DNA of 64,000 bases from Escherichia coli. GTDB taxonomy: Bacteria > Pseudomonadota > Gammaproteobacteria > Enterobacterales > Enterobacteriaceae. Each line of letters starts with the position of its first letter. The stretch's first letter is position 1. Below are positions 1 through 9,849 of the stretch, piece after piece. The position numbers and the translations under genes are program-made. The stretch lies in assembly GCF_024223415.1 (NCBI RefSeq), contig NZ_CP100500.1; one strand, given 5' to 3'. The notes under the pieces are model-generated. The model saw only the letters and a list, made by a program, of their open reading frames with translations, did no database searches and was not told where the DNA came from.

Positions 1-1
1 T

Positions 2-619
2 GAACTCTGCGCCCGGCTGGAAAAAAAGATCGCTTCGTTGCGCGTCGGACCTGGCCTGAACCAGACGCCAGAAAACGAGATGGGGCCGCTGATCTCCGCC
101 GCACACCGCAGCAAAGTGTTGGGCTATATCGACAGTGGCGAAGCTCAGGGGGCTAACCTGCGTGTGGACGGGCGTGGCCTCAGAGTGAAAGGGCACGAGC
201 AGGGCTATTTCGTTGGGCCGACTCTGTTCGATAACGTCACCCCGGAGATGACCATCTATAAAGAAGAAATTTTCGGACCGGTGCTTTCTGTGGTGCGCGT
301 AGCAGATTACGCCAGCGCGGTGGATCTGATTAACCGACACGAATATGGTAATGGCTCGGCCATTTTCACCCGTGACGGTGGCTGCGCACGCCGCTTTTGT
401 GAAGAGGTGCAGGCGGGTATGGTGGGGGTCAACGTGCCGATCCCGGTGCCAATGGCATTCCACTGTTTCGGTGGCTGGAAACGTTCCATTTTTGGCGCGC
501 TCAATGTTCACGGGAACGATGGCGTGCGTTTCTACACCCGAATGAAAACCATCACTGCACGCTGGCCGGAAATGCAGCAGGAGACAGGTGCAGCGTTCTC
601 CATGCCGACGCTGGGCTGA
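2..619 (+). CDS. iolA: methylmalonate-semialdehyde dehydrogenase, C-terminal part (5' end lies outside the window)
   Basis: Reading frame is open from the window edge; aldehyde-dehydrogenase C-terminal sequence; directly upstream of iolD. Confidence 0.8.
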   Translation, partial: ELCARLEKKIASLRVGPGLNQTPENEMGPLISAAHRSKVLGYIDSGEAQGANLRVDGRGLRVKGHEQGYFVGPTLFDNVTPEMTIYKEEIFGPVLSVVRVADYASAVDLINRHEYGNGSAIFTRDGGCARRFCEEVQAGMVGVNVPIPVPMAFHCFGGWKRSIFGALNVHGNDGVRFYTRMKTITARWPEMQQETGAAFSMPTLG

Positions 620-630
620 CAGGGGGTTTT

Positions 631-2556
631 ATGCAAACCGAACGTATGACTATGGCCCAGGCGCTGGTCAGATTTCTTAACCAACAATATGTTAGCGTTG
701 ATGGTAAAGAAACGCCCTTTGTGGAGGGCGTGGCAACGATCTTTGGGCACGGTAACGTGCTCGGTATCGGCCAGGCGCTGGAGCAGGATCCTGGTCATCT
801 GCAGGTGATGCAAGGCTGTAACGAGCAGGGGATTGCCCATATGGCGACGGGATTCGCCAAACAGCATCGCCGTCAGCGTATTTTTGCTGTCACCTCATCC
901 GTTGGGCCTGGCGCTGCCAATATGGTGACGGCGGCAGCGACGGCCACGGCGAACCGCATTCCACTGCTGCTACTGCCAGGGGATATCTACGCCTGCCGCC
1001 AGCCTGACCCCGTGTTGCAGCAGATCGAGCAGTATCACGATCTCAGCATCAGTACCAACGATTGCTTCCGCCCGGTTTCCCGCTACTGGGACCGCATCAA
1101 CCGTCCTGAACAGCTTATGAGCGCGATGTTAAGTGCGATGCGAACGCTTACTGACCCCGCAAATACAGGAGCGGTGACCATTTGCCTACCTCAGGATGTG
1201 CAGGGGGAGGCCTGGGATTACCCCCTGAGTTTCTTTGCGCGTCGGGTGCATCATATTGAACGCCGTCCGCCTGACCCGCAGCGACTGGCGCAGGCTCATG
1301 CATTGATTTCCCGCAAGCGCCGTCCACTGGTGGTGTGCGGCGGTGGCGTGCGTTACTCCGGTGCGCATGAGGCGTTACGGGAATTTGTTGAAGTGCTGCA
1401 ATTGCCGTTTGCCGAAACCCAGGCCGGTAAGGGGGCGCTGGTAAGTGACCACCCGCTTAATCTGGGCGGGGTGGGCGTGACGGGCGGAATGGCTGCCAAC
1501 CAGCTTGCGCCGCAGGCTGACTTAGTGATTGGCATCGGCACGCGCCTGACGGATTTTACTACCGGCTCTAAGGCGCTCTTTTCTCATCCCGACGTCGAGT
1601 TCCTGCTGCTGAACGTGGCTGAGTTTGACTCCCTGAAGCTGGATGCCACCGCGCTCATTGCCGATGCCCGAACTGGTCTGACAGCGTTGACCCACGCACT
1701 GAAAGATTATCGTAGTGGCTGGGGGGAGGCGATTGCCCATGCGAAATCCGCTTGGCACGATGAATGCTGTCGACTGTGGGAACGCCAGTGGCATCCTGAC
1801 GACGTTCCCGAAGTGGCAGGGCACCTTGATGCACAGCTAATGGAATACGGTGAAACGCTCAACACACACCTGACCCAGACGCGGGTGTTGGGGCTCATTA
1901 ACCAGCATATTGAGGATAACGCCATTGTGGTGGGGGCGGCCGGATCGCTGCCAGGGGATTTGCAACGCCTCTGGCAGGTTAAAACGCCTGACAGTTACCA
2001 TCTGGAGTATGGTTACTCCTGCATGGGGTATGAGGTCGCAGCGGCTATTGGTGCGAAGCTGGCAAAACCTCAGCAGCCGGTGTATGCCATGGTAGGCGAT
2101 GGTTCGTACATGATGCTGCACTCAGAGCTGCAAACTGCCGTACAGGAGGGAATTAAGGTCACCATTCTGCTGTTTGATAACGCCAGCTTCGGCTGCATTA
2201 ATAACCTGCAGATGGGGCACGGAATGGGGAGTTTTGGCACAGAAAATCGTTACCGTAATCCGAAAACAGGTCAGCTTGACGGGCCGTTGGTGAAGGTCGA
2301 TTTTGCGCAAAACGCGGAAAGCTACGGTTGCCGCGCATGGCGGGTACATAATGAGAAAAGCCTGCTGGCGGCGCTGGAAGCCTCGCGCGCTCACCCGGGA
2401 CCGACGCTCCTCGATATCAAAGTGCTACCAAAAACCATGACCCATGATTACGCGTCATGGTGGCGAACCGGCAACGCACAGGTGGCAGAGTCGCCAGCAG
2501 TGCGCCAGGCCGCCGAGCAAACACAGGCTCAGGTGAAAAAAGCTCGTCAGTATTGA
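631..2556 (+). CDS. iolD: 3D-(3,5/4)-trihydroxycyclohexane-1,2-dione hydrolase (TPP enzyme)
   Basis: 641-aa ORF with thiamine-pyrophosphate enzyme architecture; GGGGG RBS 5 nt upstream of ATG; iol context. Confidence 0.85.
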   Translation: MQTERMTMAQALVRFLNQQYVSVDGKETPFVEGVATIFGHGNVLGIGQALEQDPGHLQVMQGCNEQGIAHMATGFAKQHRRQRIFAVTSSVGPGAANMVTAAATATANRIPLLLLPGDIYACRQPDPVLQQIEQYHDLSISTNDCFRPVSRYWDRINRPEQLMSAMLSAMRTLTDPANTGAVTICLPQDVQGEAWDYPLSFFARRVHHIERRPPDPQRLAQAHALISRKRRPLVVCGGGVRYSGAHEALREFVEVLQLPFAETQAGKGALVSDHPLNLGGVGVTGGMAANQLAPQADLVIGIGTRLTDFTTGSKALFSHPDVEFLLLNVAEFDSLKLDATALIADARTGLTALTHALKDYRSGWGEAIAHAKSAWHDECCRLWERQWHPDDVPEVAGHLDAQLMEYGETLNTHLTQTRVLGLINQHIEDNAIVVGAAGSLPGDLQRLWQVKTPDSYHLEYGYSCMGYEVAAAIGAKLAKPQQPVYAMVGDGSYMMLHSELQTAVQEGIKVTILLFDNASFGCINNLQMGHGMGSFGTENRYRNPKTGQLDGPLVKVDFAQNAESYGCRAWRVHNEKSLLAALEASRAHPGPTLLDIKVLPKTMTHDYASWWRTGNAQVAESPAVRQAAEQTQAQVKKARQY

Positions 2557-2607
2557 GTTTTCCTGTCGTAACGAAATTTTCATTTCATTTTTCTTTTTTC
2601 CCCTCAC

Positions 2608-2638
2608 CCATCCCCTCTCCCAACGGGAGAGGGGATGG
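2608..2638 (+). terminator. GC-rich hairpin (CCATCCCCTCTCC / GGGAGAGGGGATGG) followed by T-rich tract
   Basis: Perfect 13-14 bp stem directly after the iolD stop; a second CCCTCC/GGAGGG hairpin follows at 2651-2677. Confidence 0.4.
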
Positions 2639-2840
2639 TACAGTTTTTATTCCCTCCCCCCCTTGTAATGGAGGGACATATCTTCCTCGGCGTTGTGAGA
2701 TTGATAACAAAATTTATCTAATACATCTCAAAAGTGTTAACTGGCACTCAAAATATAATTTTCACTATTTATAAAAATGAAATAAATGTTTTATTTGTAG
2801 TGTCGTTAGTTCACCGCATTCATCAACACCGGGAGCCGTT

Positions 2841-3827
2841 ATGTTTAACATTGCTTTACTGGGCGCTGGCCGAATTGGCCAGGTACATGCAGCTAACATC
2901 GCCAGCCATAGTGCGACCACGCTCTGGTCTGTGGTAGACCCGAATCAGGAGTTCGCCACGCGTCTAGCGACACAGTATCAGGCGCGCCAGCAGAGCCTGG
3001 ATGAGGCGATGACCGATCCGAACGTTCATGCCGTATTGATCGCCTCCGCGACCGACACCCACGCGGATCTGATTGAAATGGCCGCCCGTTACGGCAAAGC
3101 CATTTTCTGTGAAAAACCGGTACACCTTGATCTTGCCCGCGTACGCGACTGCCTGAAAGTGGTCAAAGAGTATGACGTACCGCTGTTTATCGGTTTTAAC
3201 CGCCGCTTTGACCCACAGTTCCGTCGCGTGAAAACCGACACTCAGGCCGGGCGTATCGGCAAACCGGAATCACTGCTGATCATCTCCCGCGATCCGTCTC
3301 CACCGCCTGCGGAGTACGTGCGTGTTTCCGGCGGCATGTTCCGTGATATGACCATCCACGACTTTGACATGGCACGCTTCATCATGGGTGAAGAGCCGGT
3401 GTCGGTGTATGCCCAGGGCAGCAATCTGGTGGATCCGGCGATTGGCGAAGCGGGAGATATCGACACCGCATTTATCGTTCTGAAATATGCCTCCGGCGCG
3501 ATGGCGACCATCGTCAACAGTCGCCGTTCTTCATACGGCTACGACCAGCGCCTGGAGCTACACGGTTCCGAAGGGCTGCTGTGCGCGGGCAATATCCTTG
3601 AAAACCAGGTGCAGCACTACGGCAAACAGGGTTGCACCAGCGCGCTGCCGGAACACTTCTTCCTGCAACGCTACAAATCCGCTTACGCAGCGGAATGGGA
3701 GCACTTTGTTGCGGTTCTGCGCGGCGAAGCGGTGCCTGATTGCAGCGGCGATGATGGTGAACGTGCGCTGTACCTCGCGGATAAAGCGCTGGAATCACTG
3801 CGTTGCCAGCGTGAGATCGTCCTCTAA
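2841..3827 (+). CDS. iolG: myo-inositol 2-dehydrogenase (Gfo/Idh/MocA family)
   Basis: N-terminal Rossmann motif LLGAGRIGQVHA; 328 aa; iol context. Confidence 0.8.
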   Translation: MFNIALLGAGRIGQVHAANIASHSATTLWSVVDPNQEFATRLATQYQARQQSLDEAMTDPNVHAVLIASATDTHADLIEMAARYGKAIFCEKPVHLDLARVRDCLKVVKEYDVPLFIGFNRRFDPQFRRVKTDTQAGRIGKPESLLIISRDPSPPPAEYVRVSGGMFRDMTIHDFDMARFIMGEEPVSVYAQGSNLVDPAIGEAGDIDTAFIVLKYASGAMATIVNSRRSSYGYDQRLELHGSEGLLCAGNILENQVQHYGKQGCTSALPEHFFLQRYKSAYAAEWEHFVAVLRGEAVPDCSGDDGERALYLADKALESLRCQREIVL

Positions 3828-3858
3828 ACACAACAACCCTACACAGAGAGACATAATA

Positions 3859-4788
3859 ATGAAAAAACTGATCTTAGCCGCCCTAATCGCCATGACATCC
3901 GGGGCCGCCATAGCCGAAAACGAGCAAATTGTTTTCAGTACGCCAAACCTGGCCATGCCGTTTGAAGTTCACATGCAGCGCACGGCGGTGAAAGCCGCAA
4001 AAGAGATGGGGGTGAAACTTCAGGTACTGGACGGTCAGGGCAGCTCACCGAAGCAGGTGGCTGACCTGGAAAACGCCATCACCCGTGGTGCGCAGGGCTT
4101 TATCGTCTCCCCGAACGATGTGAACGCGGTCTCCAGTGTGGTAGATGAAATTCAGGATACGAAGCTGCCGGTCGTTACGCTTGACCGCTCTGTCGACAGC
4201 CAGAAAAAAGTGCCGCACTTTGGTGCCAACAACTACAAGGGCGGCCAGGCGATTGGCGACTTCGTCAAAACCAAATTCCCCAACGGCGCGGAGATCATTC
4301 TGTTGACCGGTCAACCGGGTTCCTCCTCCAACATTGAACGCACCAAAGGGATCCGTGACAGCCTGAAGGCTGGCGGGGATATGTACAAGATCGTCGCCGA
4401 TCAGACCGGCAACTGGATGCGCTCGGAAGGGATGCGCATTGTCGAAAGCGTTTTGCCGTCGCTGCCAAAACGTCCTCAGGTGATCCTCTCTGCCAACGAT
4501 GATATGGCGCTGGGGGCGATTGAAGCGCTGCAGAGTCAGGGTGTGAAACCGGGTGAAATCCTGGTCACCGGTTTTGATGCGGTACCGGAAGCACTGGCCC
4601 GCGTGCGCGACGGCTGGCTGGCGGTTACGGCGGATCAGCGTCCCGGCTTTGCGGTGACCACGGCGATGAGCCAACTGGTGGCTAACGTGCGTGAGAAAAA
4701 AACTATCACCGGGGCGGACTATCCGCCGACGCTGATCACCAAAGAGAACCTGCAACAGGCTGAGCGTATTGCTGAGGCCGGTAACTGA
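3859..4788 (+). CDS. periplasmic sugar-binding protein of an ABC transporter
   Basis: Signal peptide MKKLILAALIAMTSGAAIA then periplasmic binding protein fold; start chosen at ATG 3859, not the long track ORF that overlaps iolG. Confidence 0.8.
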   Translation: MKKLILAALIAMTSGAAIAENEQIVFSTPNLAMPFEVHMQRTAVKAAKEMGVKLQVLDGQGSSPKQVADLENAITRGAQGFIVSPNDVNAVSSVVDEIQDTKLPVVTLDRSVDSQKKVPHFGANNYKGGQAIGDFVKTKFPNGAEIILLTGQPGSSSNIERTKGIRDSLKAGGDMYKIVADQTGNWMRSEGMRIVESVLPSLPKRPQVILSANDDMALGAIEALQSQGVKPGEILVTGFDAVPEALARVRDGWLAVTADQRPGFAVTTAMSQLVANVREKKTITGADYPPTLITKENLQQAERIAEAGN

Positions 4789-4839
4789 TTTGTCTGGAGC
4801 CGCCGTACGGGCGGCTCCCCATAAATAAGGAGCAGGCTG

Positions 4840-6062
4840 ATGTCGCAACCCTTACTGAAAGTAACCGACCTGGCAAAAAGCTTTTCCGGCGTATGGGCGC
4901 TGAGCAGCGCCCAGCTCACCGTCGGCACGGGTGAAATTCACGCTTTGCTGGGCGAAAACGGCGCTGGGAAATCCACGCTGTTGAAGGCACTCGCGGGCGC
5001 ACAGCCACAAACGCGCGGGGAGATCTGGTTCAATGGCGAAACGCTGCCGGTGGACGACTCCCCGGTAGAACGGCAGAACAAGGGCATTATCACCATCTAT
5101 CAGGAATTCAACCTGCTGCCCAATATGACCGTTGCGGAAAACATGTTTCTCGGACGCGAACCGCGTAAACGTAACCTGATCGTCGACGAAAAAGCGGTCA
5201 ATCAGGAAGCGCAGGTGATTCTCGATTATCTGCAGCTGAATGTCGCACCCACCACGCCAGTCGCCCGTCTGAGCGTGGCCCAGCAGCAGATGGTGGAGAT
5301 TGCCCGGGCGCTGACCCTCAATGCCAGGCTGATCATCATGGATGAACCCTCCGCCGCCCTGAGTGACAGCGAGGTGGAAAGCCTGCACCGCGTGGTGCGG
5401 GAGCTTAAAAACCGCGGCGTGAGCATTATTTACGTTACTCACCGTCTGCATGAAGTTTTCCAGCTTTGCGATCGTTTCACCGTTTTCCAGGATGGCCGTT
5501 TCACCGGCACCGGCGCAGTGACGGAGACGAACGTAGAGCAGTTGATCCGCCTGATGGTAGGGCGTGATGTGGCCTTTAACCGCCGCCCTGCCAGCGAAAC
5601 CCACCATGAAGACAAACCTGTCCGTTTGTCGGTGAAGGGGTTAAGCCGGGAAAAACCGCCGCTGGATCCACACGGCATCGCCCTGCATGACATCAGTTTT
5701 CACGTCCATGCAGGGGAAGTTCTGGGTATCGCTGGGCTGGTGGGGGCTGGTCGTACTGAGGTAGCGCGCTGCCTGTTTGGCGCCGACGCCTTTACCACCG
5801 GCAGCTTTGAGCTGGACGGCGTGCCGTACCAGCCGCGTGACCCACTTTATGCGCTGGAGCAAGGGCTGGCGCTGGTGCCGGAAGATCGCAAAAAAGAGGG
5901 GGCGGTGCTGGGTCTGTCGATTCGCGACAACCTGTCGCTCTCCTGCCTCTCCTCGCTGTTGCAGTGGCGCTGGTTTGTGAATACCCGCAAAGAGGACGAC
6001 CTGATTGAGTCCTACCGCCAGGCGCTGCAGATCAAAATGGTCAACAGCACGCAAGAGGTGCG
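4840..6062 (+). pseudogene. sugar ABC transporter ATP-binding protein, 5' part, interrupted by prophage insertion
   Basis: Walker A GENGAGKST, first signature and second Walker A present; homology stops after ...STQEVR at the prophage end; the 3' part resumes at 43682. Confidence 0.85.
6057..6062. repeat. target-site duplication, left copy (GGTGCG; exact length 5 or 6 bp)
   Basis: Both prophage junctions share the octamer AGGTGCGT; duplicated bases flank the element. Confidence 0.6.
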
Positions 6063-6140
6063 TGATGCGCCGCGCGATAAATGCGCTCTATCTTGTGCGA
6101 TAAATGACAACCAATCGGCGTTTCATTATTTGAAAAAGAA
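6063..6140. repeat. prophage end on the gin side (attR-like) with transposase-binding-type motifs
   Basis: TGATGCGCCGCGCGATAAATG...GCGATAAATG plus CGTTTCATTATTTGAAAAAG resembling the Mu end consensus; mirrored at the other end. Confidence 0.6.
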
Positions 6141-6700
6141 TTACATTTCAGGTTGCGTTATGACTGTCCCAGCGGGGTGATAGCGGTAGATCGTTGACAG
6201 TCCAATATCATAGATAATTACCAGCCGCTTTCTGTCATACCCTTTCTGGAGCAATCTTGCGATCTGCTCATGCTGCTCCTTCGTCAGTTTCGGGCGACGC
6301 CCTCCAACTCTCCCTTGTGCTCGCGCAGCAGTCAGTCCTGCCAGCGTGCGCTCAACTATCAGTTCACGTTCCATTTCTGCCAGTGCACCCATCATATGAA
6401 AAAAAGAACCTTCCCATCGGAGTGCTGGTATCGATTAAATCCGTCAGACTGCGAAAATTGACACCTTTTGCGCGTAGCTCTTCTGTGAGCGAAATGAGGT
6501 GTTTCATTCTTCTACCCAACCGTTACAGCTTCCAGACCACCAATGTATCCCCTCTTTTAAGGCACCTTAAAGCGCGTTTCAGGCCTGGTCGTTGCGACTT
6601 AGTTCCGCTCATTTGTCCTCAAAAATTTGTTCACATCCTGCGCACATTAATACATTGCGTTTTGGTCATTTGTTGACACACGTATGTAGCCAATCAGCAT
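6141..6700 (-). pseudogene. gin: Gin/Pin-family serine DNA invertase, inactivated
   Basis: Translation gives MLIGYIRVSTNDQN, CAGCEQIFEDK, RPGLKRAL..GDTLVVWKL, HLISL..GRFFF and the C-terminal HTH in different frames; in-frame TAA, a 7-A homopolymer frameshift (6399-6405) and further indels. Confidence 0.8.
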
Positions 6701-6770
6701 CAAAAACACTCCCTTTTGAGTGGTTAAAGTAGTGAGATAATGTGGGGAAGATTTGAGAGATAACCCGCCC

Positions 6771-6803
6771 CCGCAATATCGCATTTAACTATATTGTGAG
6801 GGC
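6771..6803. repeat. 33-bp inverted repeat, copy A
   Basis: CCGCAATATCGCATTTAACTATATTGTGAGGGC; 31 of 33 identical to the reverse complement of 7437-7469. Confidence 0.7.
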
Positions 6804-6815
6804 GCGTGATACCGT

Positions 6816-7430
6816 TCAGCCAGCAAGCGCCAGTGGCGCTTCCGGCCAGCTGATTTCAGGTGCCTTGCTGATATCCAGTGCGTTCAGATCGTCGATATAA
6901 TCCAGCACGGCATTCAGTTTTGCCGTTTCTTCTGGTGTCAGACTGCGACCTGCCCGCAACTTAAGGTTGATGAGGTCGATGGACTTCATCGCCTGATCCA
7001 CCCGTTCCTGGCGTTGCTGTCTGGCAACCTCCAGCTCTTCGGCTTGCTGCCGTTCTGTATCGGTTACCCACGCCTCACCGTTCCAGGTATCCCATGGTGT
7101 GGCAGGCTGTTTTGTCGTTGTCCCTTCCGGGTAGTCACCTGGTTGGGTAATCTGGACCGGATTACCGTTCTCTGTGCTGTATACCGTCTCTCCACGATGA
7201 TCGGGGACATACTCCCACCCGTCCAGCGTGGACGTCCGGCAAATCACGTAACCCGGCATTGCCTCTGGCGGGGCATCGGCGCATGAATGTGCCGGGGTAC
7301 CCACCCCCAGGGCCAGATACTCCACAGAGGATGAGGTGTATTCCCGGGTTTCCTCATCATAGTGATATACAGTGATATCGCCTGCGAAAGTGGCGATACC
7401 GTTTTCATCCAGAACTGCAGTGTTACTCAT
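6816..7430 (-). CDS. tail fibre assembly protein (Mu U-like)
   Basis: 204-aa tail fibre assembly protein sequence; start ATG overlaps the tail-fibre stop (TAATG). Confidence 0.8.
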   Translation of the reverse strand: MSNTAVLDENGIATFAGDITVYHYDEETREYTSSSVEYLALGVGTPAHSCADAPPEAMPGYVICRTSTLDGWEYVPDHRGETVYSTENGNPVQITQPGDYPEGTTTKQPATPWDTWNGEAWVTDTERQQAEELEVARQQRQERVDQAMKSIDLINLKLRAGRSLTPEETAKLNAVLDYIDDLNALDISKAPEISWPEAPLALAG

Positions 7431-9268
7431 TAAACTGCCCTCACAATATAATTAAAAGCGATATTGCGCGGTCTGATCGCTATCCATCTGTCTTTTTCAT
7501 TACTCACCAGCTTACCGGCTCTGGCTATTGCCCATCTGTCAACTGGTTTTGTGCCGTACAGGATGCCGTTACCGGTTCTGGGTTGATCAGGGGTTATGTT
7601 TATGATGTCGTTATCATGTGATGCAAATGAAATCCCTGCCTGAATATCTGCACCTCCCGCTACGCCGTGGTACGCCTGTATGGAGGTACAAATATATGTT
7701 GCTTCCTGTGTGGATAACAATAAGCGTCCCCTGTCAATCATTCGCAGGTCATCCCATCCACGAATAAATTCCCCGCGCAAATCTGGTAGCCTGAGGTCAG
7801 GGTAGGCCACCGCCAGTTTTGGGTATTTTGTACGCGTGAATGCGGCACCGTTGCACTGTAACCACCCCTCAGGTGGTCTTGACGAAGGCCACGGAACGGG
7901 TACGCCAACTGGCAGCGTCGAGCCTTCTCCTAAACCAAGGTAATCAAGAATATCTTTTATGCTTTGTTTACCCATGATGACGCGGGCAACAGACGAAAAA
8001 ACAGGGGCGTCTGTGATCTGAGCCCAGCGATGAGTGTGGGCTGCCGAGGCTTTGCTGTTGGCAAGGTCATACGCAGCTTTAACAGCTTTTGGTGTGGCCG
8101 CCAGCATTTCGGAATTGCTGTTTGTGGCGCTGCTTAGCTGTACGATGCCTTTGCGTCCGGTGGTTGCATCCTGTCCTGTATACTTGCTCGTCAGCATATC
8201 GTGTAAGGCTTTAACCGCTTTGGGGGTGGCGGCCTCAGTCTCTGACTCACTGTTTGTGGCACTGCTCAGCTGTACGGTGCCTTTTGCCGTCAGCGAGGCT
8301 GATGGCACACCTGTTATCTGATTCCACGGGTGGGTGTGGCTGGCGGGTGCTTTACCGGCTGCAAGGTCATATGCAGCCTTGACGGCTTTTGGTGTGGCCG
8401 CCAGCGTTTCGGAATTGCTGTTTGTGGCGCTGCTCAGCTGTACGATGCCTTTGCGTCCGGTGGTTGCATCCTGTCCTGTATACTTGCTCGTCACCATATC
8501 GTGTAAGGCTTTAACCGCTTTGGGGGTGGCGGCCTCAGTCTCTGACTCACTGTTTGTGGCACTGCTCAGCTGTACGGTGCCTTTTGCCGTCAGCGAGGCT
8601 GATGGCACACCTGTTATCTGATTCCACGGGTGGGTGTGGCTGGCGGGTGCTTTACCGGCTGCAAGGTCATATGCAGCCTTGACGGCTTTTGGTGTGGCCG
8701 CCAGCGTTTCGGAATTGCTGTTTGTGGCGCTGCTCAGCTGTACGATGCCTTTGCGTCCGGTGGTTGCATCCTGTCCTGTATACTTGCTCGTCACCATATC
8801 GTGTAAGGCTTTAACCGCTTTGGGGGTGGCGGCCTCAGTCTCTGACTCACTGTTTGTGGCACTGCTCAGCTGTACGGTGCCTTTTGCCGTCAGCGAGGCT
8901 GATGGCACACCTGTTATCTGATTCCACGGGTGGGTGTGGCTGGCGGGTGCTTTACCGGCTGCAAGGTCATATGCAGCCTTGACGGCCTTCGGTGTGGCGG
9001 CCAGTGTTTCAGAAGTGCTGTTTGTGGCGCTGCTCAGTTGGGTGAATCCTTTTTCTGTCAGTGTCGCGTCAGGGTGGTTACGGGAACGTGCGTGTTCAGC
9101 CAGTGACTGTGCGACTTCCTCCGTTTTCTTCTTCAGCCATTTCGTCCTGTTTGCCAGTTGCCGGGGGGCTCGATTTGATATCCCGTCTGCACCACCCAGA
9201 ACCGGATCTGATGTCTCCAGTTGATAGATATTTTCTTCCCACTTTTCTGTTTCATTCAGGTTTCCCAT
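7430..9268 (-). CDS. tail fibre protein (Mu S-like) with internal 100-aa repeats
   Basis: Repeated SSATNS..ETLAATPKAVKAAYDLA..HTHPW motifs; GGGAG RBS before ATG at 9268. Confidence 0.85.
   Translation of the reverse strand: MGNLNETEKWEENIYQLETSDPVLGGADGISNRAPRQLANRTKWLKKKTEEVAQSLAEHARSRNHPDATLTEKGFTQLSSATNSTSETLAATPKAVKAAYDLAAGKAPASHTHPWNQITGVPSASLTAKGTVQLSSATNSESETEAATPKAVKALHDMVTSKYTGQDATTGRKGIVQLSSATNSNSETLAATPKAVKAAYDLAAGKAPASHTHPWNQITGVPSASLTAKGTVQLSSATNSESETEAATPKAVKALHDMVTSKYTGQDATTGRKGIVQLSSATNSNSETLAATPKAVKAAYDLAAGKAPASHTHPWNQITGVPSASLTAKGTVQLSSATNSESETEAATPKAVKALHDMLTSKYTGQDATTGRKGIVQLSSATNSNSEMLAATPKAVKAAYDLANSKASAAHTHRWAQITDAPVFSSVARVIMGKQSIKDILDYLGLGEGSTLPVGVPVPWPSSRPPEGWLQCNGAAFTRTKYPKLAVAYPDLRLPDLRGEFIRGWDDLRMIDRGRLLLSTQEATYICTSIQAYHGVAGGADIQAGISFASHDNDIINITPDQPRTGNGILYGTKPVDRWAIARAGKLVSNEKDRWIAIRPRNIAFNYIVRAV
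7437..7469. repeat. 33-bp inverted repeat, copy B (inside the last codons of the tail-fibre gene)
   Basis: GCCCTCACAATATAATTAAAAGCGATATTGCGC; partner of 6771-6803. Confidence 0.7.
7985..9000 (-). repeat. in-frame tandem repeat, 300-bp unit, about 3.4 copies
   Basis: Near-identical 95-aa antisense ORFs at 8034, 8334, 8634 and 8934 reveal the 300-bp period; sense strand encodes repeated 100-aa units. Confidence 0.7.
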
Positions 9269-9270
9269 AA

Positions 9271-9849
9271 TCAACTTCTCCCGTGGTTATAACTGCCATC
9301 ATGGATGGCGGTATTGTTATAGCGAATGGCCACAGACTGATACTCCAGGCTGGCCAGATGGCAGCGGGCCGGTGCAAATGCAGTGAGCGTCTGACGCAGC
9401 ATCGCGGCCTGATCGTTAGTAATGGGCTGTTTCAGAATAACGCGATAAACCGCCCAGCCTGCTGTATCTCCATGAACAAACAGTCCGTTATGGCTGCGAT
9501 TGCCGTCGTAACTGAGACGACCTGTGCCTTCAATCAGATCCACTTCACCAAAGCCAAAACGGCGGATAACTTCCCGGATTGACCACGGCGTCCCTTTATA
9601 CCGGTGCAGTTCGATGGCTGCTTTTATAAGCATGCGGCGAACATCGTCCGATTCCGCCAGCTCCCAGCCATCGCCAGACAGTGAGAACTGCTCGCCCAGC
9701 CATGGCAGCGCGGAACTGTCGACGATATCGACGAGAAAGACCATCAGTACGCTCAGGTCGATGTTATCCAGCCGTCCTGCCAGTCTTCCCAGCGTCCTGA
9801 GACTGATATCACCCTCAAGCGGTGGCGGGAGTTGTAATGGCTCAGTCAT
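9271..9849 (-). CDS. baseplate/tail protein (P2 gpI-like, Mu gp48-like)
   Basis: 192 aa; position between baseplate J and tail fibre. Confidence 0.75.
   Translation of the reverse strand: MTEPLQLPPPLEGDISLRTLGRLAGRLDNIDLSVLMVFLVDIVDSSALPWLGEQFSLSGDGWELAESDDVRRMLIKAAIELHRYKGTPWSIREVIRRFGFGEVDLIEGTGRLSYDGNRSHNGLFVHGDTAGWAVYRVILKQPITNDQAAMLRQTLTAFAPARCHLASLEYQSVAIRYNNTAIHDGSYNHGRS

Noticed and set aside
3487-3858. N-terminal extension of the periplasmic binding protein ORF (track ORF 3487-4788)
   Set aside because: The extension overlaps the 3' end of iolG in another frame; the signal peptide begins at ATG 3859.
6063-6180. C-terminal tail of the track ORF 4840-6180 (RDAPRDKCALSCAINDN...)
   Set aside because: This is read-through into the prophage terminal repeat after the insertion point, not native ATPase sequence.
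6141-7469. A functional Gin-driven invertible host-range switch
   Set aside because: The invertase is interrupted by a stop codon and several frameshifts, and only one fibre-assembly gene lies between the inverted repeats; at most a relic.
8034-9224. Four near-identical 95-aa plus-strand ORFs
   Set aside because: They are the antisense shadow of the in-frame 300-bp repeats in the minus-strand tail-fibre gene; no RBS and entirely inside a well-supported gene.
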